From the NCBI GenBank assembly GCA_049682755.1, contig JBAUIH010000125.1, forward strand, positions 1 through 50,756: a stretch of 50,756 nucleotides of DNA, given 5' to 3'. This stretch comes from Candidatus Aminicenantales bacterium (GTDB lineage Bacteria; Acidobacteriota; Aminicenantia; Aminicenantales; UBA8522). Positions 27,060-36,426 of this stretch are shown piece after piece (positions within the stretch are counted from its first letter, which is position 1; every line of letters starts with the position of its first letter). Position numbers and translations under genes: made by a program. Under the pieces are notes generated by a model. The model saw nothing but the letters and a program-made list of their open reading frames with translations, was not told where the DNA came from and did no database searches.

Positions 27060-28538
27060 ATGATCAAGTTCTTCAACACTATGACGGGACGGAAGGAGCC
27101 GTTCGTCCCGCTGATCCCCGGCGAGGTCAAGCTGTATACCTGCGGCCCGACAGTCTACGATTTCGCCCACGTGGGCAACTTCCGGGCCTACCTGTTCGAA
27201 GACCTGCTCAAGCGGTTCCTCGTATTCAGCGGTTTCAAAGTCACCCATATCATGAACATCACGGATATCGACGACAAGACCATTCGCGGCGCCAGGGCCC
27301 AGGGAGTCGATCTCAATACCTATACTCAGAAGTACATCGATGCCTTTTTCGCCGACCTCGACACCCTGAAGGTCGCCCGGGCGGACCTTTATCCCCGGGC
27401 GACCGAGCACATCCCGGAAATGACGGCCATCGTCAAAGGTCTCATCGAGAAAGGCTTTGCCTACGAGAAAGACGGGTCATTCTACTTCAGCATCGCCAAG
27501 TTTCCCGCTTATGGCCGGCTTTCCAAGATCAACCGCGAAGAGCTGCGGCCTGGCCAGCGGGTCGACCTGGACGAATACGAGAAAGAAAACGTCCACGACT
27601 TCGCCCTCTGGAAGGCGAAAAAGGAGGGAGAGCCGTTCTGGGAGACCGAGATCGGCCCCGGCCGGCCGGGCTGGCACATCGAATGCTCGGCCATGAGCTC
27701 TAAGTACCTGGGCGAGGCCTTCGACATCCATTGCGGCGGCGTGGACAACATCTTCCCCCATCACGAGAACGAAATCGCCCAATCCGAAGCTTTCAGCGGG
27801 AAAAAATTCGTCAACTATTGGCTGCACTGCCATCACCTCATCCGGGACGGCGAGAAGATGTCAAAGTCAAGGGGGAACACGATCACCGTTCCGGAGATAT
27901 TGAAAGTCAAGAACAATCCGGCGGCGCTCCGCTTCCTTCTCCTCTCAACTCACTATCGCAAAACCCTGAATTTCACCTTCAAAGCCCTCGACCAGGCGGA
28001 AACAGCTCTCAACCGGATCAACGAATTCGCCGGGGAAGTGAAATATGGGGAATTTCCAGAGGGCGAAACCCAGGCCGTCGGAAAGCTCGTCAAGGAAGCG
28101 GAAAAAAAGTTCCGGGACGGTCTGAGCGATGACCTCAACATCTCCATAGCCGTGACCGCCCTGTTCAACCTGGTCAAAAAGGTCAACATTCTCTTGTCCG
28201 AAAAAAAGATTAAAAAAGGGGATGCGAAAAGACTGGACGCTTTCCTCACTTCAGTCAATTCTGTACTGGGAGTTATAGAACCGGTTCGCAAGACCCTTGA
28301 GATTCATCGGGCCGACGCCATCCATATCCACGAGCCCTCACCTCAGGTGGAAATCGGGACGAAGTTGTCGGCTGAACAGCTCGAAAAAATCCGGCTTCGC
28401 GAAAAATCGCGGACGGAGAAGGATTTCGCCCAGGCCGACCGGATCCGCAGTGAACTCGCCGCGGAGGGAATCCTTCTTGAAGATACAAAGGACGGCCCCC
28501 GCTGGAAGATCGTGCCGGTTCTGAAAAAAGAAGAATGA
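27060..28538 (+). CDS. cysS: Cysteine--tRNA ligase
   Basis: MIKFFNTMTGRKEPFVPLIPGEVKLYTCGPTVYDFAHVGN aligns at residue 1 with E. coli CysS (MLKIFNTLTRQKEEF...). HVGN (HIGH-type) and KMSKS are present. The upstream track extension (26769) lies antisense to the LKR gene and is rejected. Confidence 0.95.
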   Translation: MIKFFNTMTGRKEPFVPLIPGEVKLYTCGPTVYDFAHVGNFRAYLFEDLLKRFLVFSGFKVTHIMNITDIDDKTIRGARAQGVDLNTYTQKYIDAFFADLDTLKVARADLYPRATEHIPEMTAIVKGLIEKGFAYEKDGSFYFSIAKFPAYGRLSKINREELRPGQRVDLDEYEKENVHDFALWKAKKEGEPFWETEIGPGRPGWHIECSAMSSKYLGEAFDIHCGGVDNIFPHHENEIAQSEAFSGKKFVNYWLHCHHLIRDGEKMSKSRGNTITVPEILKVKNNPAALRFLLLSTHYRKTLNFTFKALDQAETALNRINEFAGEVKYGEFPEGETQAVGKLVKEAEKKFRDGLSDDLNISIAVTALFNLVKKVNILLSEKKIKKGDAKRLDAFLTSVNSVLGVIEPVRKTLEIHRADAIHIHEPSPQVEIGTKLSAEQLEKIRLREKSRTEKDFAQADRIRSELAAEGILLEDTKDGPRWKIVPVLKKEE

Positions 28539-28891
28539 GCGAGGCCCGCGCTCTCGGCCGATCCGGCGAAGATGTCGCGGTCGCTTATCTCCAAAAAAAG
28601 AAACTCAGGGTCGTCTGCCGCGGCTTCCGCTTCCATAAAGGCGAGATCGACATCATCGCCCGCGACCGGGACACCCTTGTCTTCATCGAGGTCAAAACCC
28701 GGAGGAATCAGGATTTCGGACGCCCTGAGGAAGCAGTGACACCCCTGAAACAGAACCAGATCCGCCGGCTGGCCGAAGCCTATCTGGCCTTGAATAACCT
28801 CGGGGGAATCCCCTGCCGCTTCGATGTCCTGTCTCTCGTCTGGGATGAGAAAGACGGCCCCCGCATCCGCCACATCCGGGACGCCTTCTGA
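28535..28891 (+). CDS. yraN: YraN family (UPF0102) endonuclease-like protein
   Basis: 118 aa. GEDVAVAYL....L.....FR...GEIDIIARDRDTLVFIEVKTRR is the PD-(D/E)xK-like YraN signature. The ATG overlaps the cysS stop (ATGA). Confidence 0.85.
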   Translation: MSEARALGRSGEDVAVAYLQKKKLRVVCRGFRFHKGEIDIIARDRDTLVFIEVKTRRNQDFGRPEEAVTPLKQNQIRRLAEAYLALNNLGGIPCRFDVLSLVWDEKDGPRIRHIRDAF

Positions 28892-29051
28892 AGGCGGCCG
28901 GGGGAATGCACCTGTTCCGATATTCTCTATAAATTATATAAAATAAATAAATTAGGCGCTTTCGGGACCGGCCGTCCGAGGCCTTTGATTTCCCCCTTCA
29001 ACCGGCCGGGACAGAGGACCAGCCGGTTGGGCCCGGTCCGGCCGCGCGGCC

Positions 29052-31247
29052 TCAGAAGGAATAAGAAATCCCGAAGTGACAATTCCGCCCCGGCTCAGGC
29101 ATCGAGTCCGGGTCGGGCCGGGCCTGAAATTCCGCATCCAGAACATTGGACAACATGAAGTAGAGGTGGATCGAGGGCGCAAGATAATACGAGGATTTGA
29201 AGTCCACCCAGTGGGCGGAAGGGATGGCAATCTCGGCCGGTCCGGGATGGTCCTTTTTCGCCTGCCATGTCCCGTTGATCTCGATGGACCATCGGCCGAT
29301 CCAGGCCCGGCCGCCCAGATGGAGACAGACGGGGGGGACATCGTTCAACGGCACACCGGCGTTCAGGCTCTGTCCTTCCATCACCGCCAGATTCCCGAAG
29401 AGGTTGAATCCCGTCCAGGGGAAAAATTCCCCTTCCAGTTCGAGGCCCTGGACCCTCCCCTTTTCAATGTTCCCATATGTGTAGAGCTTCTCTTCGATAC
29501 GGTAGCGCTCGACCATGTCCTTGATCGTATAAGAAAATCCATAGAGTCCCAGGAAAAGCCGCGGCCCGATATATTTCAATCCGGCGTCACAGCTCAGGCT
29601 GGACTCCGGAATCAGATCGGGGTTGGAGATGATGAACCCGCGACCGGTGATCCCAGTGTAATAGAGTTCGTTGAGGTCCGGCGCCCTGTAAGCACGGGAA
29701 GCATTGGCAAAGCAGACGATCTTCTCCGCGAGCTTGTAGGAGGCCGCCAGGAAACCCGTCAAGGCCTTCCGGTCGCTTCTCTCGAGCGCCTCTCCGCCTC
29801 CGGGATGAGCACGGCTCTCCAGGACATCCAACCGCACCCCGCCGACCAAGTCAAGCCCCCTGATCCCGGTGTAATCGCCGGAGAGAAAGACTCCGATATC
29901 CCTTCGCCGTCCGCCGGTGTAAGGATGTTCTTCGAAGGTCTGGAGAACGGCGCCCTGGGCATCCAGCGATTTCTCCGCATTCAGGGCGGCCGCTCCCGCC
30001 CGGCCGTACCAGTCCAAGCCGACCGTCAGCCGGAAGAGAGAGGCCAGCCTGTTGGCATAGGAAAGCTGAAGTCCGTAGTCCGTGCTTTCAGTCTTTCCAA
30101 ACGATTCCTTGGATTTGAAGAATTCAATCGTGTCGGTTCGCGTCTCCAGGAAGTTGGGATTGGCGAAGAGGTGAACGGTCAGCTCGCCATCTGACCAAAC
30201 GTCCTTCTCCTGCCACCGGAATTGCAGAAGGTTCTGATTCTCTCGAGGGTACCACGTCGGCTGGGTCGCGCTGTCCCGGTTCGGTTTCCCGATATCCCGG
30301 CCCCTCGCCAGGAGGAAACTGAAAATCACATCCCTCTTCTCAGATTGATGACGGATCTTTCCCAAGGCGCTGGCCTGACTGTACTGGGATTGAAGGACTT
30401 CCGCCTCGGGAGACCGGTAATTGCCGGCGTCCAGTCCCTGGAATGAAAGAAAGAATCCGAGGGATGGCCGACCTCCGGCAAGCGATAATCCCAGGCCTTT
30501 TTCCTGGTTGACCGTGCCGTAGCGGGCTTTGACCTGGCCGCTAAGACCACCCTCGCCGGTTGGTTCTCTGGTGAATAAGTGGACGACGCCTCCGATGGCA
30601 TCGGAACCGTAAAAGACCGAAGAGGGACTGCGCAGGACTTCGATCCGCTCGATATCCTCGGGGCTGACAAAAGAAGCGCTGGGACCGGTGCGGCGGTCGC
30701 TCGAAAGTCGGGCGTTATCCACCATCAAGAGCACGCGGCGTCGCGCCAAGCCCCTGATGGAGGGGACGACCGAGAAACCCCCGGTGCCGAGCGCGGTCAC
30801 TCCAGGCACAGCAGCGAGAGCGCCGGCGATGTGGGGCGTCAGCGTTTCCTGGAGGGTGACCGATGAGATGACCGTGCTGGCGGCGGGCACTTCGGCCACG
30901 GGCTCGGGGTATCTCATGGCCGTGACCACGACCTCCTCGCGCTGGCGGATCAGGGGCTCCAGTGTGATCGTGATCGGACGTCCCAAGTCGCGGCGAGCCA
31001 AGCGGACTTCTTCTTCCAGGTAGTCCGGATGGACGATCTCGAGGACCAGGCCCGCCGAGGCGGAAAGATCGATCCTGAAATTCCCGGATTCGTCGGTCAC
31101 CGCCTTCTGGCCGCTCGCCCGGTGGAGAACCACCGCAGCTGGAACGGGGCGGCCGTTGGAGCTGACCACCCGGCCTTCGATGTCCAACCCGAAGCTCAGC
31201 AAGGGGGCAAAAACGAGCACAAGGGCTGATCCGGCTATTCTTTTCAC
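29052..31247 (-). CDS. TonB-dependent outer-membrane receptor with N-terminal carboxypeptidase-regulatory-like domain
   Basis: 731 aa. Signal peptide, CarbopepD_reg-like start (IEGRVVSSNGRPVPAAVV), plug domain (VPGV...RGLARRRVLLMVDN), and a beta-barrel ending ...FGISYSF with terminal Phe. The GTG start overlaps the folK stop (GTGA). Confidence 0.9.
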   Translation of the reverse strand: MKRIAGSALVLVFAPLLSFGLDIEGRVVSSNGRPVPAAVVLHRASGQKAVTDESGNFRIDLSASAGLVLEIVHPDYLEEEVRLARRDLGRPITITLEPLIRQREEVVVTAMRYPEPVAEVPAASTVISSVTLQETLTPHIAGALAAVPGVTALGTGGFSVVPSIRGLARRRVLLMVDNARLSSDRRTGPSASFVSPEDIERIEVLRSPSSVFYGSDAIGGVVHLFTREPTGEGGLSGQVKARYGTVNQEKGLGLSLAGGRPSLGFFLSFQGLDAGNYRSPEAEVLQSQYSQASALGKIRHQSEKRDVIFSFLLARGRDIGKPNRDSATQPTWYPRENQNLLQFRWQEKDVWSDGELTVHLFANPNFLETRTDTIEFFKSKESFGKTESTDYGLQLSYANRLASLFRLTVGLDWYGRAGAAALNAEKSLDAQGAVLQTFEEHPYTGGRRRDIGVFLSGDYTGIRGLDLVGGVRLDVLESRAHPGGGEALERSDRKALTGFLAASYKLAEKIVCFANASRAYRAPDLNELYYTGITGRGFIISNPDLIPESSLSCDAGLKYIGPRLFLGLYGFSYTIKDMVERYRIEEKLYTYGNIEKGRVQGLELEGEFFPWTGFNLFGNLAVMEGQSLNAGVPLNDVPPVCLHLGGRAWIGRWSIEINGTWQAKKDHPGPAEIAIPSAHWVDFKSSYYLAPSIHLYFMLSNVLDAEFQARPDPDSMPEPGRNCHFGISYSF

Positions 31248-31798
31248 GAACTCTCTCCTCGGAGAGACTCCGCTTGATTTCCATTTGTTTTTCCTGGCCC
31301 GCCCCTCGGCCGGCTAGGCCTGATCTTGCGAACGATCGACCGGTCGCCCGATCGACTCAGGAGCTCTTTCATATCGACTCCAAGAACCGGATGGACGGCC
31401 TGCGGAGCGATCTCCTTCAGGGGGATAAGAACGAAATTTCGTTCGGCCATCCGGGGATGAGGGATGACCAACCTCGAGGTGGCGATGATTCGGTTTCCAG
31501 CGAGCAGGATGTCGATGTCGATCGTCCGCGGGCCGTTCTGGAGAGCCGGCCGGCGGCCCATCTCTCTCTCCAATTTCTTAACCAGGACGAGGAGATCGCC
31601 GGGCGATAGGGCCGTCTCCACCTCGATGACCTGATTGCAAAACCACGGCTGGGCGACATCGCCCACAGGCTTGGTGGAGTAGATGGAGGACGTGTTGACC
31701 ACCTTCACCCGCGCCTCTTTCTCCAAAGCGTCCATCGCCCGGAGAAGGTTTTCGCGTTTATCCCCGAGATTGCTCCCGAGGCTCAGGAAATACCGCAT
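31244..31798 (-). CDS. folK: 2-amino-4-hydroxy-6-hydroxymethyldihydropteridine diphosphokinase (HPPK)
   Basis: MRYFLSLGSNLGD...RTIDIDILL...LVIPHPRMAERNFVLIPL are classic HPPK motifs. There is an extra C-terminal tail of about 30 aa. Confidence 0.9.
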   Translation of the reverse strand: MRYFLSLGSNLGDKRENLLRAMDALEKEARVKVVNTSSIYSTKPVGDVAQPWFCNQVIEVETALSPGDLLVLVKKLEREMGRRPALQNGPRTIDIDILLAGNRIIATSRLVIPHPRMAERNFVLIPLKEIAPQAVHPVLGVDMKELLSRSGDRSIVRKIRPSRPRGGPGKTNGNQAESLRGESS

Positions 31799-31862
31799 TT
31801 GGCGACTCTCTCAACCGGCCGGCTATCATAGCACCGGCGCTTTCATTTCCTCAAACAGTTTC

Positions 31863-33587
31863 TCAGGTTCCATGGGCATAATAAAAATATTTCAGGTTTT
31901 CGAGGTCCGTGTCGTCTTGTTGGTACTTTGTCTCTCCAGCCCCCTCCAGCTCAAGAGCCAGCCGACGGGCCTCTCGAAAATAAGAAGCCCTCAGGGACCT
32001 GAGCCGTGAACGGCGAACGGCCGCTGTGCGAAAATTGGAGTCCAGGGAGAGGTCCGGCCCGGTCTCTTTGAATCCCCGGTATCGCCATTCTCCGGTCGGC
32101 CAATCGAAACCGTAGAGACGCAGGAAGAGGTGCCCATGCCGGGCGGCGAAGGCGATGGCCCGGGCCAGGAAATCGACATCGCTCCTGGTGAAAGTGTAGT
32201 GGATGTTGATCCTCACGCAGCCGGGTTTGATCCCCTGGAATCCCCGGACGATCGCGTTCCGGAGCCGCTGCGAGGTCTCCGTGCTGATGTTTAGCAGGGC
32301 ATGGCCATAGGGACCGGCGCAGCTGCATCCCGCCCTGGACTGGATGCCGAACAGGTCGTTGAGCAGCTTGGTGACGAATTTGGGGTGCAGGATCCGGTCC
32401 CGGTGGGTGATGTTGAAGGAAACGATCGGGGTGAGATCCGCTGTGTCGTACCTTCCGACGAAGCGAAGGTTCGGGATTTCCTGCAGTCTTTCCAGGAAGA
32501 CGGCCAGATTCTCTTTTTCGAACTTCCCGATCGCGGCCGTGCCGATCCTGTCCTTGACCTCCATGGCCAGAGCGGCCTTCATCGTCTGGAGGATGGGCGG
32601 CGTGCCGGCCATCTCCCGGGTCTCGATATCTTCATCGTAATCGTAGCCGTCGAATCCGACATAGACGACCGTTCCTCCGCCGGCCGTCGTCGGCGGAAGA
32701 TCCTTCCGGTAGAGGCGGTCGTTGATCACAAGTATGCCGCTACTCCCTGGCCCACCCAATAATTTATGTGGCGAAAAAAAGATGGCGTCAAAAAACGAAT
32801 CCCCGTCCCTGTTCATGTTTATCGAAACATAGGGAGCGACGGCGGCGAAATCAAAGAAAACGGCCGTGTCGTGCCGGTGACAAATGCGGGCGACCTCATA
32901 GACTGGAGTCCTGACCCCGGTGATGTTTGACCCGGCCGAGAACGAGCCGAACTTCACCCGGCCCTTGAATCGGGGATCGGAGACGTTCTCCTCCAGATCG
33001 TCCAAGTCCAACCGTCCCTCCTCGCTCAACCGGATGACGACCGTCTCCGCAAGAGCCTCCCTCCACATCAGCTCGTTGGTATGGTGTTCATAAGGCCCGA
33101 TGAAAACGACGGGTCTGCTCTTCTCGATGCGGCGGCGGACGTCTCCGCCTCCCTGCCCCGCCTCTGAGTAGGACCGGTCCAGCCGCTCTCTCGTCAAGGG
33201 CGGGATATAGACTCCGCTGATCTCCTGGAGTTTTTTCAGCGCGCCCGTGGACCCCGAGCCGACGGGGAAGACCCTGCCGCGCTCCCCCGCGTTGACCATG
33301 TCCTTGATTTGCGCCAGCGCCTGATGGTACAGCCGGTTCATCCGCTTCCCGGAGAAATCGTCCTCTGTATGGGTATTGGCGTACGAACGCTGGATGCGGA
33401 TGAGCTTTTCCTCGATGACATGCAGCCCGCGTCCGGAAGCCGTGTAATCAGCGTAGACCATATGGCGACGACCGAAGGGGGTTTCGAGCAGAAGATCACT
33501 CCCGATGATCTGGCCCCGGATATAATCCAGATAGCCTTTGCTTATCTTGCTTGCTTTTTTTACCAGAGGCATTCCTGAAAAAGCCAT
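31863..33587 (-). CDS. Class-V-fold PLP-dependent enzyme (cysteine desulfurase/NifS-like superfamily), long form, function unknown
   Basis: 574 aa. ADYTASGR, FIGPYEHHTNELMWRE, SFSAGSNITG, and FFSPHKLLGGPGSSGIL (PLP-Lys context). A conserved C-terminal region (RAGCSCAGPYG) is followed by an extension of about 100 aa. Confidence 0.7.
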   Translation of the reverse strand: MAFSGMPLVKKASKISKGYLDYIRGQIIGSDLLLETPFGRRHMVYADYTASGRGLHVIEEKLIRIQRSYANTHTEDDFSGKRMNRLYHQALAQIKDMVNAGERGRVFPVGSGSTGALKKLQEISGVYIPPLTRERLDRSYSEAGQGGGDVRRRIEKSRPVVFIGPYEHHTNELMWREALAETVVIRLSEEGRLDLDDLEENVSDPRFKGRVKFGSFSAGSNITGVRTPVYEVARICHRHDTAVFFDFAAVAPYVSINMNRDGDSFFDAIFFSPHKLLGGPGSSGILVINDRLYRKDLPPTTAGGGTVVYVGFDGYDYDEDIETREMAGTPPILQTMKAALAMEVKDRIGTAAIGKFEKENLAVFLERLQEIPNLRFVGRYDTADLTPIVSFNITHRDRILHPKFVTKLLNDLFGIQSRAGCSCAGPYGHALLNISTETSQRLRNAIVRGFQGIKPGCVRINIHYTFTRSDVDFLARAIAFAARHGHLFLRLYGFDWPTGEWRYRGFKETGPDLSLDSNFRTAAVRRSRLRSLRASYFREARRLALELEGAGETKYQQDDTDLENLKYFYYAHGT

Positions 33588-33610
33588 GTTCGTAAACCAG
33601 GGTCCGGCGG

Positions 33611-34600
33611 TCAGGCCCGCAGGAGATCGAACCGTTTAAGGACCCTGAGCACAGCCATGGTGACCCAGAGGTGGTCTTCCAAGGTGGCCTTCTTGTTGCC
33701 GCATTCCCAGAAGCCCTGGCTGTTTTGTGTTCTCTGCAACCACTCCAGCCCTTTCTGGATCGTCTCGTCATCACTTCCGAAGCCGACCTTGGAAAGGGAG
33801 TCGAGGCACCCCAGGATATCGATGTTCCAGAAAGGATAGCAGATTTTTTCCCAATCGGAGGGAAAGGTCCTGTCTTCAAAGACCTCATCGCAAAAGAAGC
33901 AGCTCAGGAGTTTTTCCCCCGCCTGCCGAGCCTCCTTACTGTTCTTCCAGGTTGGAGATTCGGCCAGGGCCCTCAGGATGATGCCTGTGACATGGTGGGA
34001 AAAGGGCTGGGTCCGGCGCGGCTTAAAGGGCTGGCCCCTCGGATTGGACCGGCTGCGCGCGGACGACTGAGCGACGGGGCGAGACGACGGCTGGAGGTAA
34101 AGCGCCCATCCTCCATCCTTTTGCCGGTTGGCCAGAATCCAACGGAATCCCTTCTGGACGCGGCGGTCTTTGTCCAAGCCGTAGCGACAGAGCATTTCCA
34201 GGGCCAGCGCGTGGAAAGTCGGCGTATGCTCGTTGAGGACGGTTCCGCGGAAATCCCCTTCCTTTGTTTGGAGGGAATACAGGAAATTGACGGCCTTTTG
34301 GACCCCTTCTTCCTGGATGGTGCAGCCGTAATCATAAAGCCGGCTGAGATTTCTCAAGGTCTCAACCCGGTAGAGCGTCCGTTCCCAGTGAACGGGCGTA
34401 TCCGAGCGTTTTTCCCACCAACTTCCGTCCGGCTTCTGGGTTTCGAGGATGCGGACGCGGGCGGCGAACTTGCGCATGTTCTTGACCTCGCGGTCGACCG
34501 GAACTTCCAGGATATCCCGCTTGAGCCAGTAAAGAACGGGCAAATGCCCCCGGGCCAGGAGGAACTCGATCGCCTTGGCGGTGTTGAACTTCATCGTCAT
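33611..34600 (-). CDS. Prenyltransferase/terpene-cyclase-like alpha/alpha-toroid repeat protein, cytoplasmic
   Basis: 329 aa. Four QW-like repeats (QKPDGSWW, QTKEGDF, RQKDGGWA, QNSQGFWE) spaced as in squalene-hopene-cyclase/prenyltransferase beta-subunit repeats. No signal peptide. Its stop is 23 nt upstream of the PLP gene. Confidence 0.65.
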   Translation of the reverse strand: MTMKFNTAKAIEFLLARGHLPVLYWLKRDILEVPVDREVKNMRKFAARVRILETQKPDGSWWEKRSDTPVHWERTLYRVETLRNLSRLYDYGCTIQEEGVQKAVNFLYSLQTKEGDFRGTVLNEHTPTFHALALEMLCRYGLDKDRRVQKGFRWILANRQKDGGWALYLQPSSRPVAQSSARSRSNPRGQPFKPRRTQPFSHHVTGIILRALAESPTWKNSKEARQAGEKLLSCFFCDEVFEDRTFPSDWEKICYPFWNIDILGCLDSLSKVGFGSDDETIQKGLEWLQRTQNSQGFWECGNKKATLEDHLWVTMAVLRVLKRFDLLRA

Positions 34601-34808
34601 CGGCGTTCACCGGACGGGCAGGACCCCTGGAATCGAGAAAGCGGGATATAAGCCGCCTGAGAAAGAAGGAGTTGAGTGCGGCGGGCCTATTGATATGAAC
34701 ATCTTCCGGGGGGCAAAGAATAGTATTTTAATCCAATTCAGCTCTTTCTGTCAATTTCCAAGCCAATTTCTCTCCAGACGGCGGCCCCGGCACTGCCCGG
34801 AGAGGCAT

Positions 34809-34837
34809 TTGATTTTGGGGATTTCTTCGATTAGCAT
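34809..34837 (+). promoter_or_regulatory. Candidate sigma70-type promoter for the cysteine-desulfurase-family gene (TTGATT-17-TAGCAT)
   Basis: The plus strand reads TTGATTttggggatttcttcgatTAGCAT, about 50 nt upstream of the ATG at 34888, which has GAGGAG 7 nt upstream. Confidence 0.3.
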
Positions 34838-34887
34838 AGGGCTTTCCCGGACGGGTCAAAAGCCTTCTCGCTCAGAGGAGTTCGATA

Positions 34888-36066
34888 ATGGAAGAGCTGA
34901 TCTATTTGGACAACGGAGCCACGTCCTTCCCCAAGCCGCCCGAGGTCTATGAATTCATGGATCACTTTTACCGGAATTTCGGCGTCAATCCGGGCCGGTC
35001 GGGTTACGATCTCTGCCTGGAAGCCGGGTCGGTGGTTGAAGAAACAAGGAAGATGTTGACAGGCTTTTTCAACGGCAAAAACCCCGACCGACTCTGCTTT
35101 GCCTACAATTCTACCGACGCCCTCAACCTGATCATTTTCGGTCTGCTCCGTCGGGGTGATCATGCCATTTCCACGACCATCGAGCACAACTCGGTCCTAC
35201 GGCCGCTCTATCACCTCTGGAAAGACGAAGGTGTCGAGGTCGATTATGTCCCCTTCAACAGACGCGGCTTCGTCGACCCCGACGATTTCGCCAAGAGGTT
35301 CAAACCGAACACCCGGCTGGTCGTGGTCAACCATGCCTCGAACGTGATCGGCACCGTCCAGCCGGTCAAGGAAATCGGGCGATACTGCCGCGAGAGGGGT
35401 GTTCCTTTGGCCATCGATACGTCCCAGTCGGCCGGCAAGATCCCGATCGATATCGAGGCCATGAACGTCGACATTGTGGCCTTCACCGGGCACAAGTCCC
35501 TGCTCGGCCCGACGGGAATCGGCGGATTGTACGTTCGGGAAGGCATCGAGATCCGGCACACCCGGGCGGGCGGCACCGGCGTCCGCTCGGCCCAGCGAAC
35601 CCACCTCGACGAGTATCCCTACAGGCTCGAATACGGCACGCCCAACACTGTCGGTATCGCCGGCCTCCAGGCCGGCCTGAAATGGATCGAAAAACAGGGG
35701 CTGCAGGCCATCCATGACCACGAAATGAAATTGACGGCCGCGCTCCGGGACGGCCTGAAAGGGGTGGACGGAGTGACTCTCTACGTCCAGGACGACCTGA
35801 CCGACCATATTTCTATCTTCCTCTTCAACATCGACGGCCTGGACGCGGCCGACACGGCGACCATACTGGACGTGGACCATAACATCGCCTGCCGGTCGGG
35901 ACTCCACTGCGCTCCCCGGGTCCATGAACACCTCGGGACGGACAAAATGCACGGTGCGGTGCGGTTCGGCATCGGGCCCTTCAATACTGATAAACACATC
36001 GAGACGGCGATCGAGGCGGTCCGGGAGATCGCCGAATTTCAGAGAAAAAAACGGCTGCGGTCCTGA
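34888..36066 (+). CDS. Cysteine desulfurase family protein (class V aminotransferase)
   Basis: 392 aa. LIYLDNGATSFPKP, AFTGHKSLLGPTGIGGL (PLP-Lys), CRSGLHCAP (active-site Cys loop context). Confidence 0.85.
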   Translation: MEELIYLDNGATSFPKPPEVYEFMDHFYRNFGVNPGRSGYDLCLEAGSVVEETRKMLTGFFNGKNPDRLCFAYNSTDALNLIIFGLLRRGDHAISTTIEHNSVLRPLYHLWKDEGVEVDYVPFNRRGFVDPDDFAKRFKPNTRLVVVNHASNVIGTVQPVKEIGRYCRERGVPLAIDTSQSAGKIPIDIEAMNVDIVAFTGHKSLLGPTGIGGLYVREGIEIRHTRAGGTGVRSAQRTHLDEYPYRLEYGTPNTVGIAGLQAGLKWIEKQGLQAIHDHEMKLTAALRDGLKGVDGVTLYVQDDLTDHISIFLFNIDGLDAADTATILDVDHNIACRSGLHCAPRVHEHLGTDKMHGAVRFGIGPFNTDKHIETAIEAVREIAEFQRKKRLRS

Positions 36067-36073
36067 CCGGCGG

Positions 36074-36394
36074 TCATACGCAACCGTCTGGCTTGGGCAA
36101 ACCGGCGACCTTGCAGGCGCCTTTGGCTGGGCCGGAGGGGAAGAGTTCGTAAATGTGTCGCAGCGGCAAACCCGTCGTCTGGCAGACCTTCCGGACCATG
36201 GGGGCGAGATTGTTTTCTAGAAAATATCCGCGGATGAACTTGATCACAGCCCAGTGCTCTTCGGTGAGCAGCTCGATTCCCTCTTCCGCTTGAGCAAGGG
36301 CCACAGCCATCGCTTCGGTCCATTCCTCCGGATGAACGAGGAATCCTTCCTCGTTGAGCTCGTAGCTTTTTCCACCGACCTCGATATGGGACAT
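36074..36394 (-). CDS. dsrC: DsrC/TusE family sulfur-relay protein with both conserved C-terminal cysteines (DsrC type)
   Basis: 106 aa from the ATG at 36392-36394 (GGAGGAG upstream); the track start at 36430 is a GTG. It ends ...GPAKGACKVAGLPKPDGCV, i.e. Cys-x10-Cys-Val, the DsrC C-terminal arm signature. Confidence 0.85.
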   Translation of the reverse strand: MSHIEVGGKSYELNEEGFLVHPEEWTEAMAVALAQAEEGIELLTEEHWAVIKFIRGYFLENNLAPMVRKVCQTTGLPLRHIYELFPSGPAKGACKVAGLPKPDGCV

Positions 36395-36426
36395 GGTCGT
36401 CTCCTCCTTCCGTCTCATCCATGCTT

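Noticed and set aside
28955-29051. GC-rich dyads after the TonB-receptor stop, considered as canonical intrinsic terminators.
   Set aside because: The stems (for example CAACCGGC...GCCGGTTG with a 15-nt loop) are not followed by a U-tract on either strand. They are noted only as part of the AT-tract finding.
34601-34887. 287-nt divergent spacer upstream of the cysteine desulfurase gene, screened for a riboswitch or small RNA. It includes the imperfect hairpin CTCTCC...GGAGAG at 34770-34804, followed by a T-rich run.
   Set aside because: I could not match it to any riboswitch consensus from memory. The hairpin is imperfect and has no upstream plus-strand gene to terminate. Only a candidate promoter is reported.
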